Assembly (NCBI GenBank): GCA_964560765.1
Contig: CAZLMG010000012.1
Location: 12,071 to 76,070, forward strand
Reading direction: 5' to 3'
Length of the DNA: 64,000 nucleotides
Source of the DNA: an uncultured Oligoflexales bacterium
Lineage (GTDB): Bacteria > Bdellovibrionota_B > Oligoflexia > Oligoflexales > CAZLMG01
In this document: positions 63,144-64,000 of the stretch, in pieces
Numbering within the stretch: position 1 is the stretch's first letter
Layout of the letters: each line of letters opens with the position of its first letter
Made by a program: the position numbers and the translations under genes
The notes under the pieces: generated by a model
What the model was told of the DNA's origin: nothing
Seen by the model: the letters and a program-made list of their open reading frames with translations, nothing else
Database searches by the model: none

Positions 63144-64000
63144 TTAAGCGCTGACGGCTCGGCCCGTCACTCCGGCCGAAGCCGCGGGACGCTGCGCAGG
63201 CATCGCCGCACCAGTGCGTACGATATCCTGCAATTGGAAGCCAATCAGGGACTTGGGAACCCAGAACAGAGCCGCCAACTCGGCCACCATATTGCGACGC
63301 GAATCCAAACGGGCCAGTTCAGCCAAAATCATATTCTTCGGCGCGAGAAGATTCGCCGTGAACAAAGCCTGTTCAAACTGCGCGGTATCTTGCTGATTGC
63401 TGCCCAATTCAGGGAAACGATCGCGCTCACCCTCAAAAATGACACGGGCCAAATCCTTCACCACGCTCATACGAGTCTGCGGTCGCAGGTCGCCTTTGCG
63501 GAAGTGAATGCAGTATTGACCAGGCTTGACGCGCAGGATACGGCTGAGCTTATCGATCATCTCGGTTGGTTGCGTCGAGACGAAGGCAAACGTTCGGACC
63601 ACTTCCGGCAAATAGAGCGGCGGCGTGCGAAACTCTGCTTGCTGATGGATTTGGTTCACGAACTGCTCAACCCGTGCACGCACTTCCCGTATCGCATCCG
63701 CACCAAGCTTACTCGCTTGCTCGAACACTTGTCGGGCCGTCCGCGACTCGAGGTACTCAAAGTACGCCTCGTCGAGGTTAGCGTTGCCGCTCGCCACATC
63801 GTGGACCAACGCTGCTTCGACTGCCAACGCTTCGGAAAGCTTCGCCAGGGCGAAAACTGACTTGACGTTCTTTTCACCACGTTTCCAGTGGCTACAGTCG
63901 GAAGGGTTGAAATTGAGAATATTCCCGACCTCTTGGTCGCGAACCTTCCCGCCTCGTTGGTGCATCAAGACTTTTTGACAAAACTTGAACAACTGCACCG
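63144..64000 (-). CDS. HTH (XRE-like) protein with a degenerate ImmA/IrrE-like C-terminal region (5' end at or beyond window edge)
   Basis: The frame is open to the window edge (GTG at 63998). The N-terminus (QKVLMHQRGGKVRDQEVGNILNFNPSDCSHWKRGEKNV) looks like an XRE HTH. The C-terminal part (ALFTANLLAPKNMILAEL...LAALFWVPKSLI) resembles ImmA/IrrE, but I see no HExxH. Confidence 0.45.
   Translation of the reverse strand, partial: VQLFKFCQKVLMHQRGGKVRDQEVGNILNFNPSDCSHWKRGEKNVKSVFALAKLSEALAVEAALVHDVASGNANLDEAYFEYLESRTARQVFEQASKLGADAIREVRARVEQFVNQIHQQAEFRTPPLYLPEVVRTFAFVSTQPTEMIDKLSRILRVKPGQYCIHFRKGDLRPQTRMSVVKDLARVIFEGERDRFPELGSNQQDTAQFEQALFTANLLAPKNMILAELARLDSRRNMVAELAALFWVPKSLIGFQLQDIVRTGAAMPAQRPAASAGVTGRAVSA

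Noticed and set aside
1-64000. Search for tRNA/rRNA genes, CRISPR arrays, transposases, integrases, phage genes and known defence-system genes.
   Set aside because: I saw no T-loop/acceptor patterns, no spaced direct-repeat arrays and no recombinase-like ORFs. The only nuclease-fold protein (EEP, 3676-4848) has a signal peptide and looks like a secreted enzyme, not a defence module.

Overview
Moderately GC-rich bacterial chromosome from a Gram-negative organism; almost every base is coding. All product calls come from reading the supplied translations and the DNA by eye, with no database search. Housekeeping genes I recognise: an HtrA-like protease (truncated at the 5' window edge), malQ, pgeF/yfiH, aroQ, a type IVa pilus operon pilM-N-O-P-Q, cystathionine beta-synthase, rlmM, rluD, rsmI, metG, an aspartate-type aminotransferase, pheS/pheT, crcB, trpB/trpA and bamE. 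Two stretches look accessory. (1) About 40.0-50.1 kb holds a run of signal-peptide, lipoprotein or Tat proteins: DUF4360-like, a transglutaminase/cysteine-hydrolase-like protein coupled to crcB, a cupin, three different putative Zn peptidases, a vWA lipoprotein, and a radical SAM/SPASM enzyme next to a secreted Cys-containing protein. This stretch also carries unusual non-coding DNA: five perfect 11-bp tandem repeats, two related AT-rich palindromic elements, and a sigma-54-like promoter. (2) About 50.3-60.2 kb is an ABC-transporter-dependent (Wzm/Wzt) polysaccharide locus with seven glycosyltransferase genes. My most unusual single gene is a 798-aa single-pass membrane protein (17466-19862). 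It joins two periplasmic ring-building-like repeats to a complete FliG-like cytoplasmic module, with no flagellar genes nearby; it lies near the pilus operon and converges on a stand-alone cNMP-binding protein. I found no rRNA, tRNA, CRISPR array, transposase or integrase. The gene content (AMIN-type PilQ, many secreted hydrolases) hints at a Bdellovibrionota/Myxococcota-like lineage, but that is inference only.
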